From positions 61,471 to 125,470 of the forward strand of contig CAWHCF010000037.1 in NCBI GenBank assembly GCA_963827655.1: 64,000 nt of DNA, written 5' to 3'. A program made the translations under genes and the position numbers. The notes under the pieces are model-generated. The model searched no databases and was not told the DNA's origin. It saw only the letters and a list, made by a program, of their open reading frames with translations. Source of the DNA: an uncultured Acidobacteriota bacterium (GTDB lineage Bacteria > Acidobacteriota > UBA6911). Of the stretch, positions 50,036 through 62,060 are shown in pieces. Within the stretch, counting starts at the first letter, position 1. Each line of letters begins with the position of its first letter.

Positions 50036-52294
50036 ATGGCAAAAGCAGTTCGAGCTCGTTCTCTTCTCACCGCCCTGATCCTTACCCTCCTTGCCACACT
50101 GGCCTGGACACCGGTTCGCACGCCGGCAGCCGATGGACCAGGGCTGAAACGGGGTCAGCGGATCGCCCTCATCGTGCTCAACGACTCACATCCCCGGGCC
50201 GGGATGGCAATCGACGATTTGACGAGCTTCTTGCAGCGCTCGCTACAAGCCGTGGTGCGCAGGTATCCCGGCAATGTGTCCCCGAAAGAACTGGAGGAAG
50301 ATGCCTATCTCTTGTTCGGTCCCGCCGATGACAGCCCCGATTTGAGCCGGCTGGCTCGTGATGCAGGAGTTACGCTGGCGACGCGGGATCTGGGTCCCGA
50401 GGGATCCCTGATCAAGGCCGCTACCGTAGCCGGCAAGCCGGCAGTCTTCCTGACCGGGAAGACCCTCACCGGAGCCTGCTACGCAGCCTACTCGTTCCTC
50501 GAAAACGAGCTCGGGATAGGCTTTTTCATCGACGGCGATCGGGTTCCGGAGCTGCAGTCGGTGGTACTGGGCAACCTGGAGCGAAGCGAAACTCCCGCGG
50601 TTCCGATTCGAGGGATTTTCTATCATCCTACCTGGAAGCACCCGCACGCCACCTCCTGGCGTCTCTGGTCATGGGAAGGTTCCCGGAAATACATCGACTG
50701 GATGCGCCGGAAGCGCTTCAACGTGCTGCCGGCGTTTCACGACGAAGGCGGCTATTTCTGGGGCGACGTGATTTTCAAGACCTTCCCCCGGCTCAAGATT
50801 AACGATAAGAGCCTGGCGCAGTATGTCGTCGATCCGAGCTGGCGCACCCAGTTGAACAAGAAGATGTTCCGCTACGCCCGCGACAGCGGCATCCAGATCG
50901 CTTACAACCTGTTTTACTCGCAGGTGCCGGAGTTCTTTGCGGACGCTTACCCCGAGCTGAAGTACCACCCGCTGAACATGCGCAACGTCGGGATCAGCGC
51001 CATTCAGCCGCAGTGCAAGGAGATCATGAAAAAGTACTGGGGCGCGCTCCTGGAAACTTACGGCGTCGATGACTCGCACCTCTATCTGGTCTGCTCCTAT
51101 CAGCACGAGCGCTCCCTTCCGCCTTATTACCAGGACCGCAACGCCGCCAACCATTCAGGCCCACGAACTGGTCAAGGAGCTCGATCCCAAAGCAAAAATG
51201 TTTATCGAGACCTGGTGCTGGAAATACCGTCACGAGTGCCCCGATCCGTATTCCCCCTGCCCCGGGCCGCAACGAAGAGACTCTCACCGCCTATCCCAAA
51301 CAGGAATGGGAGATCTTTAACAAGGGCGTTCCTCGCGAGATCGGAGTCGTCGAGTGGGATCTGAAAACGAACCCGAAGAGACTTCCCGATTTGTCGTTTG
51401 GGGGCCGTCCCTATATCCAGCTGACCCACACCAACATGGAGGGATGGTGGCCGCCGACGACGGCCCGGAGATCCCCGAGGTGGCTGATCAAGTATTTTGA
51501 CGACGCCATCGACCACGGCGCGCAGGGCGTGATGTTTTTCCACATTCAGGCCACCGCCAACGAGATTTCAGCCGACCTGTCCGCGCGCATTGGTTTGCAG
51601 AAACGGCCCGACCTGGCGAAATTTTATCGCGACTATGCCAGGCGGCGTTTTGGAGAGGAGGTGGCGGACACGCTGGCCGAAAGCCTGACTCATCTTTGTG
51701 ATTCCGTGGAAATGGGTGCCGACAACAGCGCACCCTTCAATCTGTCACTGGCTCTGGTTTTTCCAGGTTTCAACGACAGCGCCGAGGATCTGCTGGAAAA
51801 GTGCCAGGAGGTGGGCGAAGCTCGCAAGACCTGGATTCGAGACCGGCTGAAGGTGTTTGAGGAGAAGGAAAAACACGCCGCCCGGGCCCAGCTTCTCGCT
51901 CGATCGGCGGCTCCGCGTTTGAAAGAGGACCCCTTTTTCAAGCGCCACCTCTGGGAGCTGGACTACGTGTCGGCTCGCTTCGAGGGCATCGAAAACATGT
52001 ACAAAGCGCACCTCTACGCCGACAGCGATCCCGCAAAGGCCGCGGCCCATTTTCGCCGCGCCACAGATGCGTTCACCTCGGTCAAGGAACTATTCCGCGA
52101 TAAACCCGGCCACCGCATGTCAGAGATTCGCAACCTGGAGCCGGATGTGCCTTATACGGCCGCATTCTTGAAGGACTGGGAGACGCGAGGCTACTGGCAG
52201 CCCATCGTGAAATGGTTTCATGTCGTATGGGAACGGCTCGATGAGTTCGAAGCGCGGATTCAGGCGATGAAGCCCAAAGGACTGGCCGGAGTAG
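50036..52294 (+). CDS. Secreted putative glycoside-hydrolase-like protein (GH20/67/89-type N-domain plus probable TIM barrel); frameshifts near 51150 and 51265; 3' end uncertain
   Basis: LGPEG..I; G..YAAY.FLE.ELG; W..YIDWM...RFN motif; ORFs 50036, 51069 and 51391 join; last frame reads through to 52590. Confidence 0.6.
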
Positions 52295-52303
52295 CCTCGA
52301 TCC

Positions 52304-52398
52304 GTGCGGACGGGCTATCAAGCCTGTCCGGCCTACCAGCGGCACAAATGAACTTCTTAAGGCTGAGTCATCCTGATTGGGTTACGTGCGACGGGCCG
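52304..52398 (+). mobile_element. 5'-truncated, diverged copy of element A
   Basis: GTGCGGACGGGCTATCAAGCCTGTCCGGCC...GGCAC...GAACTTCTTAAGGCT...GTTACGTGCGACGGG, colinear with 3445-3535. Confidence 0.75.
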
Positions 52399-52411
52399 GA
52401 AAGGGTGAGCC

Positions 52412-53967
52412 ATGAGATTCACCAGGTTCAAGACCACCCTGGCGTTCGCAATCCCGGCGGTCTTCACTGCATGGGTCTGGCTGGACCGCCTCATCTTCGG
52501 CCAGATCCGCCGCGGCTGCAGCCGAATCTTTCCTTTCGCTTCAGGTCCTGGACGAGCAGGGAAAGCCTGTCATGGCCCGGCTGCGTCTGAGAGACGGCGC
52601 GGGCCAGGCCAAGCCGCCTGAACTCCTGGATGGCGCGCGCGCGGTGCCGATTCACCCCCGATATCCGGAACTGGGAATCGTATTTCCCCGCGACGGACGC
52701 CTGCGGCTCCCTGAAGGAAAGTCCACGATTCAGCTCGAACGTGGCACGGAGTATGAGCCGGTGGCGATCGAGCTCAATGCGAGCGTCGGGCCAGAATCTC
52801 AAGCACACGGTGACTCTGCGGCGCCGGATCCACATGGCGGAAAAGGGATGGTGGTCCGGGGATCTTCATGCCCACCGGGACCCCGCAGATATGCCGGCGT
52901 TGATGGAAGCAGCCGATCTCAATTTCGCTCCCACCCTGACTCATTGGAACGATAGACCGTTGCTGGAGAGCTGGCCCGCGCAGAACATCTATCCCGATGC
53001 CCAGGGTAGAACCTATTCCATCCATAACGCGGAAGACGAAAGGGCCTGGGGGGCAGCCTTGTTTCTCAACCTGAGATCGCCGATCCGGTTGTACCGTCCC
53101 CGCTCCGAATACCCTCCGCCGACGGTTACCTGGCAGGAAGCGCGGGCTAACGGGGCATACATCGACCTGGAGAAAATGATCTGGTGGCAGGCGCCGGTCA
53201 TCACGGCGCTGTCCATTCCCGACAGCCTGGGATTGGCTTGCAATCACTTCATGGAGGAAGGGATGATGGACGCGGAAGCCTGGGGACGTCCTCGAGACCG
53301 GGTCAAATACCCGGGCCAATCAGGCTTCGCCCAGTACATCCTTGATCTTTATTACAACTACCTTGGCGCCGGCCTCAGGCTGCCGGCTTCAGCCGGGTCC
53401 GCTAACGGAGTCCTGAAGAACCCGATAGGTTACAACCGCTCTTACGTGATGCTGGACGAACCTTATTCCTACGAAAAGTGGCTGGCCGGACAGAAGGCGG
53501 GCCGAAACTTCGTTACCAATGGTCCGATGTTGTTTCTCACGGTCGAAGGCAAACCGCCCGGATCTACCCTTCCCGGGTCCATCCGGGAGGTTTCGGTTCG
53601 GTTGTCCGCCAGCGCGTCGGCCCCGCTCGAAACGGTGGAACTGATCGTGGACGGAGCCGTGGCGAAGTCCTTCAAGCCCGGGGCAAAAGAGTTCACAACC
53701 ACCGTCACCAAACTGAAGATACGAGACGGAGGATGGCTGGCCGCCCGCTGCTTCGAGCAAAACCAGCTCACGGTTCGGTTCGCGCACACCAGTCCGGTCT
53801 ACTTCGGGGCGAGCCCGGCTCGTTCACCCCAGGCGCTGCTGTTTCTGCGTTCCTGGGTGGAAACGGAGATGGAGCGGATTCGATGGCTGCCCGCCGAGTT
53901 GCTGACATCCGAACAGAAGACGGAGATCCTCGAGATTTGCCGGAAGGCGCGGGACTTCTACCAATAA
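52412..53967 (+). CDS. CehA/McbA-family (PHP-like) metallohydrolase, frameshifts near 52500 and 52790
   Basis: ERG.EY; GWWSGDLHAH; PASAGSA; G.NR.YV; GRNFVTNGP; AHTSPVY. Confidence 0.8.
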
Positions 53968-53988
53968 GAGGCTTCGCGTTCCAGGGAC

Positions 53989-55256
53989 TTAATCGGGAGA
54001 TGAAACCGGCCTGGGCTGCGCCTTGCGCCACTCTTCTTCGCCGGCCTCGTGGCGCCGCTGCAGCAGCACAAAGGTTCCCTTCATGTTGCCGGTGACAAAG
54101 TCCGGCAGACCGTCGCGGTTCACGTCCCCGACCACTACTTGCCGTCCGACGCCGGAATCACCGTCGGCTTGATACGGGACAAACTCGATCTCGCCTGTCT
54201 TTCGCACCAGCTTGAACCAGTAGACCACGGCCCCGTCGTTCCAGCTGGGAGTCTTGGTGTGGTGCGACCAATACGTCTTGCCGGTGACGATGTCCTTGAG
54301 CCCGTCGCCGTCGACATCGAAAAGATCGACGGCATGCAGCTCGCTGAAGGCCACGCCGTAACGGCTCTCCTGGGGCTTGGAACCCATAATCAAGTGTCGC
54401 TTGAAGGTAATGCGACCGTCTTCCTTTACCTGCTCAAACCATGCCAGCCCGTAGTCGTGGGCGCCCAGGCTGGTGATCACATCGCTGTCTCCATCGCCGT
54501 CCACATCATAGGCATACATCTGCGCGCCCCCCGGCTCGCTGAAAGGGAAGGAATGAAACTCCCACTTCTCGTCGCCGGAGGCCGGCTGCCGGAACCAGCC
54601 GTCTTTCATGATCAAGTCGAGTCGGCGATCGCCATCGATGTCGCCCACACCCAGGCCGTGACCGAATTTCTTGGGCGCGACATCGCCAGAAATGGCATGG
54701 AAGGTCCAGGGTTGGTCCGGCCGGTCCCAGTTCACGGACGCATAGCCGAAAAATCCGTCCCTCGTGCAAATCAGCTCCGGCCGCTCGTCGCCCACGAGGT
54801 TGGTGAAATGGGGCGACTCGTTGCTGACCCAGTCGAAGACGATGTGCTTCCGCCAGGGACCCTCAAGACCGGCCTGGCCGGGATTCTCGTACCAGGCGAC
54901 CGCGGTGGATGGGAAGCCAATGACGAAGACGTCGTTCCAGCCGTCCCGGTTGAGATCGTAGACAAACGAGAAGAAATTGTCGGCATAGCGATTTCGATCC
55001 TGCACGACGGCCCTGTAGATCTCGTACTTCTTCACGTAGTCCGGGCCTCTGTACCAATAGGGCCCGGAGACTATGTCCATGATGCCGTCCCGGTTAATGT
55101 CCCCAAAGTTGGCGCCCTCGGTGTAATAGTCGCCGGTCAGCTGTTTCTTTTCGAAAGAGTGAACGAAGCGTCGTTCCGCACTTGGACTCAGGCTCGACCA
55201 CAAGAGAAGAAAAACAATGCCGATAGGATGGGGTTCCTTGTCATCATTGACTCCAT
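53989..55256 (-). CDS. FG-GAP/VCBS repeat beta-propeller protein, probable frameshift within the signal peptide near 55215
   Basis: Repeated GD.N.DG..D and D.DGDG..D motifs; MTRNPILSALF leader lies in a different frame. Confidence 0.85.
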
Positions 55257-55463
55257 GGCTGCGTGTAAAGCCGACCGACCGCCGGGCCATTGTGATTCGC
55301 GGGTTCTCTCGAGTCAAGCCGTTTGCGAGAGCGCTTGGCTCGCTCATCGCAGGGCGTAGCAACTCCGCTTGCCAATCTGAACTCGCGCACGAAAGAAACT
55401 GTTCATTGCAGAAACCGGGCTGGAACTGCTAGCGTATAATAATCACAACCTCGGAGGCACTAA

Positions 55464-58400
55464 ATGAGATTTGTCGCGCTTTTGCTCGCCATGGCTGTCA
55501 GCCTGCACGCTCAGGAGATCACCGGCTCCATCAACGGCATCGTCACGGACTCTACCGGCGGCGTCCTGCCCGGCGTTCAGGTCACCGTGACCAACATCGG
55601 AACCAACGTCGCCAAAACAGTGACCACCGGCCCTAGCGGCGCCTACGTCGTGCCGTTCCTCTTCTTCGGCACCTATCGGGTCAGCGCCGAGCTCACAGGC
55701 TTCAAGACCGCCCGCGCCGAAAACATTCGCCTGTCCACCAGCGAGCAGGTGCGCGTCGACCTCACCCTCTCGGTCGGCGACGTGACCGAGAGCGTCGAAG
55801 TCACCGCCACCGAGGTGCTGCTCAAGACCGAAGAAGTAAGCATCAGCACCACTGTCAATCAGGAGATGATCGTCAACCTGCCGCTCGCGGGACGCCAGGT
55901 GATCGCCGCCACGCTCCTCACACCGGGCGCCTACTTCGTCAACAACAACAGCAAGGCCCAGCGCGATTCCGGTTTCGTTCGCCGCAACGGCGTCTCCCTG
56001 AGCGTCAACGGCCTTACCGATCTCTCGAACAAGTTCTACTACGACGGCATCGAAGGCATGAACTTCGACGGCGGCACGCGCGCCTTTGACCCCGCGCTCG
56101 AAGCCATCCAGGAGGTCAAGGTTCTGGTGAACTCCAACTCGGCCGAGTACGGCGGCGCCGCCGGCGCGTCGGTCAACATCGTCACCCGCGCGGGCACCAA
56201 CCAGTTTCATGGCCACGTCTACGATTACCTGCAGAACGACGCGCTCAACGCCTTCCAGCTGGACGCGAAGAACCTCCAGGCCCGCCAGATCGCTCAGAAC
56301 CAGCTCGTGACCTCCTTGAAGCCCGTCGTCCGTCACAACATCTTCGGTGGCGGCGTCGCCGGCCCCATCCGCCGCGATCAGCTCTTCTTCTTCGGCCATT
56401 ACGAAGGCATTCGCGGCAGCCGCTCCGGGCAGTTCAACCAGCGCACGGTCCCGACCGTGAGGATGCGGAACGGTGATTTCAGCGAGCTGATCACGGCAGC
56501 CAGGCCGGTGCTGCGCGATCCGCTCGACCTCGAAGGCGACGGCAACATGGTCTTCAGCGACCCGTCCAATATGCGCCGCTTCATTCACCCGACCTCGCTC
56601 AAGGTTCTCGAGCTCGTTCCGCTTCCTACCAATTCCGCGCTGGTGAACAACTTCCAGGGCCCGATCCGACCGTCCGAGATCACCACCGATGAGCTCACCG
56701 CCCGCATCGACTGGCGCATCTCGGACAAGGACTCCTTCTACTTCCGCTACATCCGCAACTTCAACAACGATTTCGTCGGCGATCTCTTTCCCGCTCTTCG
56801 GTCCCGGCTCAGGCGACCGCAGCTTCAAACGCCTGCGCCACAACCATAACGTGAGCATGTCCGAAACCCACATCTTCTCCTCGAATGTCTTCAACGAGGC
56901 TCGCATCGGCTGGAACCGCAGCTTCACTCTCGAGGAGCTCGAAACCAGCTACACGCGCGATGTATCGACCGAGCTTGGGATCGCCGATCAGTTGCCGCTG
57001 ACCCGCGATCCCCTCGAATGGGGTCCGCCCAATTTTTCCATCGCAGCGAGCGGTTCCGCGCTCGGCCTCCCCGGGCTGCGCACCGCCGCTCCCTGGAACC
57101 CCAACGGCGGCCAGATCTGGCACTTCGCCGACAACCTGTCGCTCCTGATCGGCAAGCACTCCTTCAAGACCGGCCTCACCGTCATGAGGCGCAACAACGT
57201 ATTCATTGAGACCCTCACCGCCCGCGGCGCCTTTTCCTTCGGCGGCGCGCCCGGAGGCGCCTACACCGCCGACGGCCTGGTCGATTTCATGCTCGGCTAC
57301 ATGTCGGGGGCTACGCGTCGGGGTCGCGCGCGCTGCACGGCCGGCCCAACCAGTTCTGGACCGCAGGCTACGTGCAGGACGATTACAGGGTATCTTCCGA
57401 CCTCACTTTGAACCTCGGCCTGCGCTACGACTACTTCCAGCCCTGGAAGGAGCTGCGCGATCACTGGGCCAGCTTCGACCTCCAGACCAACTCCGTCGTC
57501 TACGCGGAGACCGCCACCGACGAACAGGCCGGACGCGCTCTGCGCTTCGGCGACATGAACAACTGGGGCCCGCGCTTCGGCTTCGCCTGGCGTCCGTTCG
57601 GCGCCCCGGACACGGTCCTGCGCGGAGGCTACGGCATCTACTACGAGCAGGAGCACCCGAGCGGCCCGATCCTGCACGCCATCAACCCGCCGCCCGGCGG
57701 CTTCGCCGCTCCTGGCGCCGAGTCGAGCGGCTTCGGCTTCACCCGCGATTACACCGCGCCCTGCGCTGGCCACGAACCCGCAGCCCACGCTGTTCTGGCA
57801 AAATTTCTCGCGTGGGCTCGGCCGTGATTCCGGCGCGCATCGCGCGTGAATGCCGCCGACCCCAAGATGCGCGATACCTACGTGCAGCAGTGGAACTTCA
57901 CGGTCCAGCAGCGTCTGGGCGACAACAGCTTCGAGGTCGGTTACGTCGCCAACAAGTCCAACAAGATTTACACCTCCGAGGACGTGAACCGCCCCGGCGA
58001 CTTCGCTTCCCGCTTCGTCCTCGGCACGGCCGCCCTGATCCGCCCCGGCTTTTCCTCGATCGGCTGGCGCCAGTCCGACGGCTCCGGCCAGTATCACTCG
58101 CTGCAGACCAAGTTCGAACGCCGCACGCGCGCCGCTCAGTACCTGGTCTCATACACCTGGGGCCACGCCATCAGCGACGCCGAGCAGGGCCAGAGCGCCG
58201 TCGGCGTCGGCAACCCCGGCAGCTTCCACTTCCTCTCACGACCGCAAGCTCGACAAGTCGTCGACGACCTTTGACATCCGCCATCGCTTCGTCTCGGCCA
58301 TCGTCTACGACATTCCCTTCCGCACCGGCAACGCCTTCGCCAACTTCCTGATCAGCGGCTGGCAGACGAACTCGATCTTCACCGCCCAGACCGGCAATGC

Positions 58401-58833
58401 CACCCAGGTCACCGACGCCACCGGCCGCGCAGATGCGTGGTCGCGCTTCGATCGCCCCGACCTGGTGGCCGAACCAGACCTCTCGCGCGGCGACCGCACC
58501 GAGGACCAATTCTTCAACGTCAATGCTTTCCAGGTCGTCACCGAGCCTCGCTTCGGCACCGCTCCCCGCATGATGGTCCGGCAACCCGGCTTCTGGAACA
58601 TCGACTTCACTCTCGCCAAACGCTTCCGCATCACTGAAGCCTCCGGCCTCACCTTTCGCGCCGACTTCTATAACCTCCTCAACCACGCCAACTGGCGGAC
58701 GATCGACACTGCGATTCGTGACGTGACCAACCCGGCCGTTGGCCCCCCGGGCACGCTCCAGAATCCGTACGGCCGTGTCAACGCCTTCGGCGACCCGCGC
58801 GAGATGCAGCTCTCGCTGAAATTTGAATTTTAA
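55464..58833 (+). CDS. TonB-dependent receptor (Oar-like), multiple apparent frameshifts between about 56800 and 58240
   Basis: Signal peptide, GGAGG RBS, TATAAT at 55435; QDDYR..LNLGLRY; NWGPRFGFAW; ends PREMQLSLKFEF. Confidence 0.88.
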
Positions 58834-58848
58834 AAAGGCGAGAATTGT

Positions 58849-58867
58849 GGGGCCGCATCGCGGCCCC
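58849..58867. terminator. GC-rich hairpin between convergent genes
   Basis: GGGGCCGC-ATC-GCGGCCCC 15 nt after the TBDR stop; no strong U-tract. Confidence 0.35.
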
Positions 58868-58913
58868 CGGAGATTGGCAATTTCGCGGGCACCGAAGCTC
58901 GGGTGCCGTAACC

Positions 58914-59023
58914 GGGCCGAAGGCCCGGCAGTGAATAGCCCCGTTGCAAAACTCGCCCGGTTCATGTGCGGACGGGCTATCAAGCCCGTCCGGCTCCCGA
59001 GGGGCACTACTGAACTTTTAAGG
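58914..59023 (+). mobile_element. Element B end (30 bp) fused to element A
   Basis: 58914-58943 is the exact reverse complement of 44934-44963; 58943-58994 equals 3422-3473; overlaps the antiporter stop codon. Confidence 0.8.
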
Positions 59024-60995
59024 GTTGGTCAATCGACTCTCCGGCCATCAGAGAACGGAAAGCCTCGCGCTGCGCCGGCGTCCCGAGGACTGCGAGCACA
59101 TCGCCGGCCTCGAGGATCATCTCCGGGCCCGGGTTGCTGTAAGCCGTTTCACCCCGCAGTATCGTGACGATCGAGGCTCCGGTCCTCTGGCGGATCGAGG
59201 CTTCCCCGACCCCTTTTCCGACGATGGGCGAGTCGGCTTCGAGCGTGATCCACTCGATTTCCATGGAACGGCTCGCATGGCGAAGCCGGTCCAGCAGCCG
59301 AGCGGCGGTGTTTCGCGTGTAGAGCGGGGCGTAGTGCTCACGCCGGACGCCATCCGTGAAGCTCTGGATTTCGAGCGTGGGAACACCGAACTGCGCCAGC
59401 GTCTGGCGCACCATCTCGAGCCCGGCCTCGAACTCCGGCTGCACCAGCTCATAGACGCCGAGCGCGCGCAGCGTGTCCAGCTGAGCCAGCTGCGCGGCCC
59501 GCGCCACGATGCGCAATCCGGGGTCGAGCTGGCGCGCGCGACGCACAATCAGCTCCACATCGAAAGCCGCCGGCACGGTGACGAGCAAGAGTCGAGCCCG
59601 GTGAATCCCTGCCGCCTCGAGCACGACCGCGCTGCTCGCATCTCCGTAGATTACGGCAAGGCCGGCCTCGCGCGCCCGCTCCGCCGCATAGCCATCGAGC
59701 TCGATCACGACGCTCGGCAGGTTCAGCCTGGTCAGTACGTCGGCCGTATAGCTCCCCACCCGGCCGTACCCGGCGATGATGACGTGAGGCTCGGCCTGCT
59801 CCTTGAGTTCCGACAGAACCTGGACCTGCCCCGGGCCGCGCCAACGCCTGTACCTCTGAATGAGAAAGGGAGCCGCCTGAAGCGCAAATGGGGTCAGCAT
59901 CATGGTCACGACCGCGGTAGCCAGAACCAGAGAGAACATCCCGTTCGTAATCGCGCCGCGTTCAAGGCCCACGCGTCCCACGACGAAGGCGAACTCACCG
60001 ATCTGGAACATCCCCATCCCGGCAAGTAAAGGAGCGGTGTCCCGGTATCCGAATGCACGGACGACACCGGCGCAAATGGCCGCCTTTCCGAGAGCGACCG
60101 CCATCACGATCAGCAGTACTACAGGGAGATTCTTCATCAGGAAAGGGATGTCCAGCAGCATCCCGATCGACACGAAGAACAGCATGCCGAATACGTCTCG
60201 GAGCGGAACGATGTCGCTTAGCGCCTGATGGCTGTACTCCGACTCGCTCAGGACCATTCCCGCAACGAAGGCGCCAAACGCGAACGAGAGGCCAAAGAGA
60301 TACGAAACGTATCCAATACCCAGTCCGAGCGCCATGATCGAGATGACGAAAAGCTCTTGCGAATTCCAGGTGGAGATGCGCTGCAGCAGAGCCGGTATCA
60401 AACGCGTGCCGCCGTAAATCATCGCGAGCAGGAACACGGCTGCGCGTGCGGCAGCGAAGGCCAGGGTTACGGCGCCGGTCTCCGGGCGATCCAGCTGGGG
60501 GAGGATCAGGATCATGGGTACGACGGCCAGATCCTGGACAATGAGCATGCCGATCATCACTCGCCCGGCCAGACTGCGCAGCGTTCCCCGCGCGGCCAGA
60601 GTCTTGAGGATCACGGTCGTGCTCGAAAGAGAAATAAGGGCCCCGAGCCACAGCGATTGGTTCCCGGACCAGCCAAGCAGACGTCCGATCCCGTAACCAA
60701 GAAGAATCGTGAGGAGCAGCTGAATGGGAGTGCCGATCAGGGCGATCCGGCGAACTCTCTTGAGCTTCGTGAACGAGAATTCGATCCCGAGGGCAAAGAG
60801 GAGCAAGGCAACACCGATCTCGGCCAGCAGTTCGATGTTGTGGATCTCGGAGATCGTGATGCCGCCGGTATAGGGCCCCACCGCGATGCCGGCCAGGAAG
60901 TATCCCAGGAGCAGCGGCTGGTTGAAGCGCTGGGCGATGAAGCCCCCGGCCAGTGCGGCTACCACGATAATGGCAAAATCGGCTGCGATTCCCAT
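59007..60995 (-). CDS. CPA2 family cation:proton antiporter (YbaL/KefC-like) with TrkA-N and TrkA-C domains
   Basis: [13 protein letters not shown]; SLSST; LIVQDL; GAFVAG; QIGEFAF; IIAGYGRVG; YGDA. Confidence 0.93.
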   Translation of the reverse strand: MGIAADFAIIVVAALAGGFIAQRFNQPLLLGYFLAGIAVGPYTGGITISEIHNIELLAEIGVALLLFALGIEFSFTKLKRVRRIALIGTPIQLLLTILLGYGIGRLLGWSGNQSLWLGALISLSSTTVILKTLAARGTLRSLAGRVMIGMLIVQDLAVVPMILILPQLDRPETGAVTLAFAAARAAVFLLAMIYGGTRLIPALLQRISTWNSQELFVISIMALGLGIGYVSYLFGLSFAFGAFVAGMVLSESEYSHQALSDIVPLRDVFGMLFFVSIGMLLDIPFLMKNLPVVLLIVMAVALGKAAICAGVVRAFGYRDTAPLLAGMGMFQIGEFAFVVGRVGLERGAITNGMFSLVLATAVVTMMLTPFALQAAPFLIQRYRRWRGPGQVQVLSELKEQAEPHVIIAGYGRVGSYTADVLTRLNLPSVVIELDGYAAERAREAGLAVIYGDASSAVVLEAAGIHRARLLLVTVPAAFDVELIVRRARQLDPGLRIVARAAQLAQLDTLRALGVYELVQPEFEAGLEMVRQTLAQFGVPTLEIQSFTDGVRREHYAPLYTRNTAARLLDRLRHASRSMEIEWITLEADSPIVGKGVGEASIRQRTGASIVTILRGETAYSNPGPEMILEAGDVLAVLGTPAQREAFRSLMAGESIDQPLKVQ

Positions 60996-61069
60996 ACCAA
61001 CATTCTCCTGGGGCGACGCAGACTGTTAGCTTGAACGCTGAAGAAAAGCGGTCTTCTGGCGGGAGAGCA

Positions 61070-61107
61070 GAAACAAAAGCCAACCACTAAGACGCAAAGA
61101 CTCCGAG
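61070..61107. repeat. Family C single arm (reverse orientation)
   Basis: GAAACAAAAGCCAACCACTAAGACGCAAAGACTCCGAG. Confidence 0.65.
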
Positions 61108-61133
61108 GTTATCCCCGCGGCATTTGGCCGGTC

Positions 61134-61865
61134 TCAGGGTTGCGGCTTCTGGGCTCGCAGCACGTTCTCGAGCCGGCCGGGTTCGTGGCAGGTCTGACAG
61201 ACCAGGGCGCTCTTTTCCGCAGAAGCAGGCTCGTCCAGCCATCTCTTCGCCTTGCGCTCATACGGAGTGCCGGCCATCCCGGCGACAATCTGGTTCAGAT
61301 AGGTTTTGGCGTCTTCCCAGTCCCCCAGCCGCTGAGCTGACTGCGCCAGACCGGCCAGAAGTTCGCCACGTAAATGCACCGGCAGACGGTCGATCGTCGG
61401 CTGCTGCATCGAAGCCAGCTCTTTGAAGAGAGCTCGCCCCTTCGTGTAAGCCTCGGTCCTTTCAGGCTGCGGCAGGCGATCGCCAAACAGGATGAGGCTG
61501 GCTCCCAGAACAGCCAGGACTCCCCCGTCCTTTGGTGCCAGCGCGAGCGCGCGTTCCATCTTGCTCTTGCCCCCCGCATACAGGGTCCGGAAATCGGCTT
61601 GCTTGCCGGCTTCGTGAGCCTTGATGGCGCGGAACAGCTCGGAGCCTCCCGCCCAGCTCAGTGCATGAACGTTCTCGGCATTCTCCCGGAGCATCGCGTC
61701 CAGCTTCTTGACGCCGATCTCGAACCGATCCATGTCGTCGGCCATATAGCCGGCGAAAATGTCCTCGCGCACCTGAGTGTGGACGGTGAGTCTCGGCTGC
61801 TGGGCCGACTGGGCGAGAAGCAGACCGCTGCTCACCAGGGCAACCAATACGACGCGGCGAATCAT
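61134..61865 (-). CDS. Secreted helical (TPR-like) protein with a C-terminal CxxCH haem motif
   Basis: Signal peptide; AGGAGG RBS; CQTCH about 15 aa from the C-terminus. Confidence 0.7.
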   Translation of the reverse strand: MIRRVVLVALVSSGLLLAQSAQQPRLTVHTQVREDIFAGYMADDMDRFEIGVKKLDAMLRENAENVHALSWAGGSELFRAIKAHEAGKQADFRTLYAGGKSKMERALALAPKDGGVLAVLGASLILFGDRLPQPERTEAYTKGRALFKELASMQQPTIDRLPVHLRGELLAGLAQSAQRLGDWEDAKTYLNQIVAGMAGTPYERKAKRWLDEPASAEKSALVCQTCHEPGRLENVLRAQKPQP

Positions 61866-62060
61866 TGGAAGACCTCCTGAGGGGATCTTGGCGCTTCAAA
61901 GTTGCAGCTAAACCACGGGCGAAGCATACCACAACTGCGGCGCTGGATGGCGGGGCTTTCCTCGCGAGCACCATTGGTCGCAGATTGAGATAGGCGTACA
62001 AATAGTTGTACGCGATCGCCGCGCAGTGATACTTTTCAGCAGCATTCGTTGAACGATGAA

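Noticed and set aside
46911-50042. 1043-aa minus-strand ORF
   Set aside because: Antisense shadow of the intact TBDR; no motifs, and it starts inside a C repeat. Long shadows are common in GC-rich genes.
54049-55359. 436-aa plus-strand ORF and other long antisense ORFs (12140-13447, 29715-30929, 36889-38037, 61462-62796)
   Set aside because: They overlap well-supported genes on the opposite strand and lack recognisable domains.
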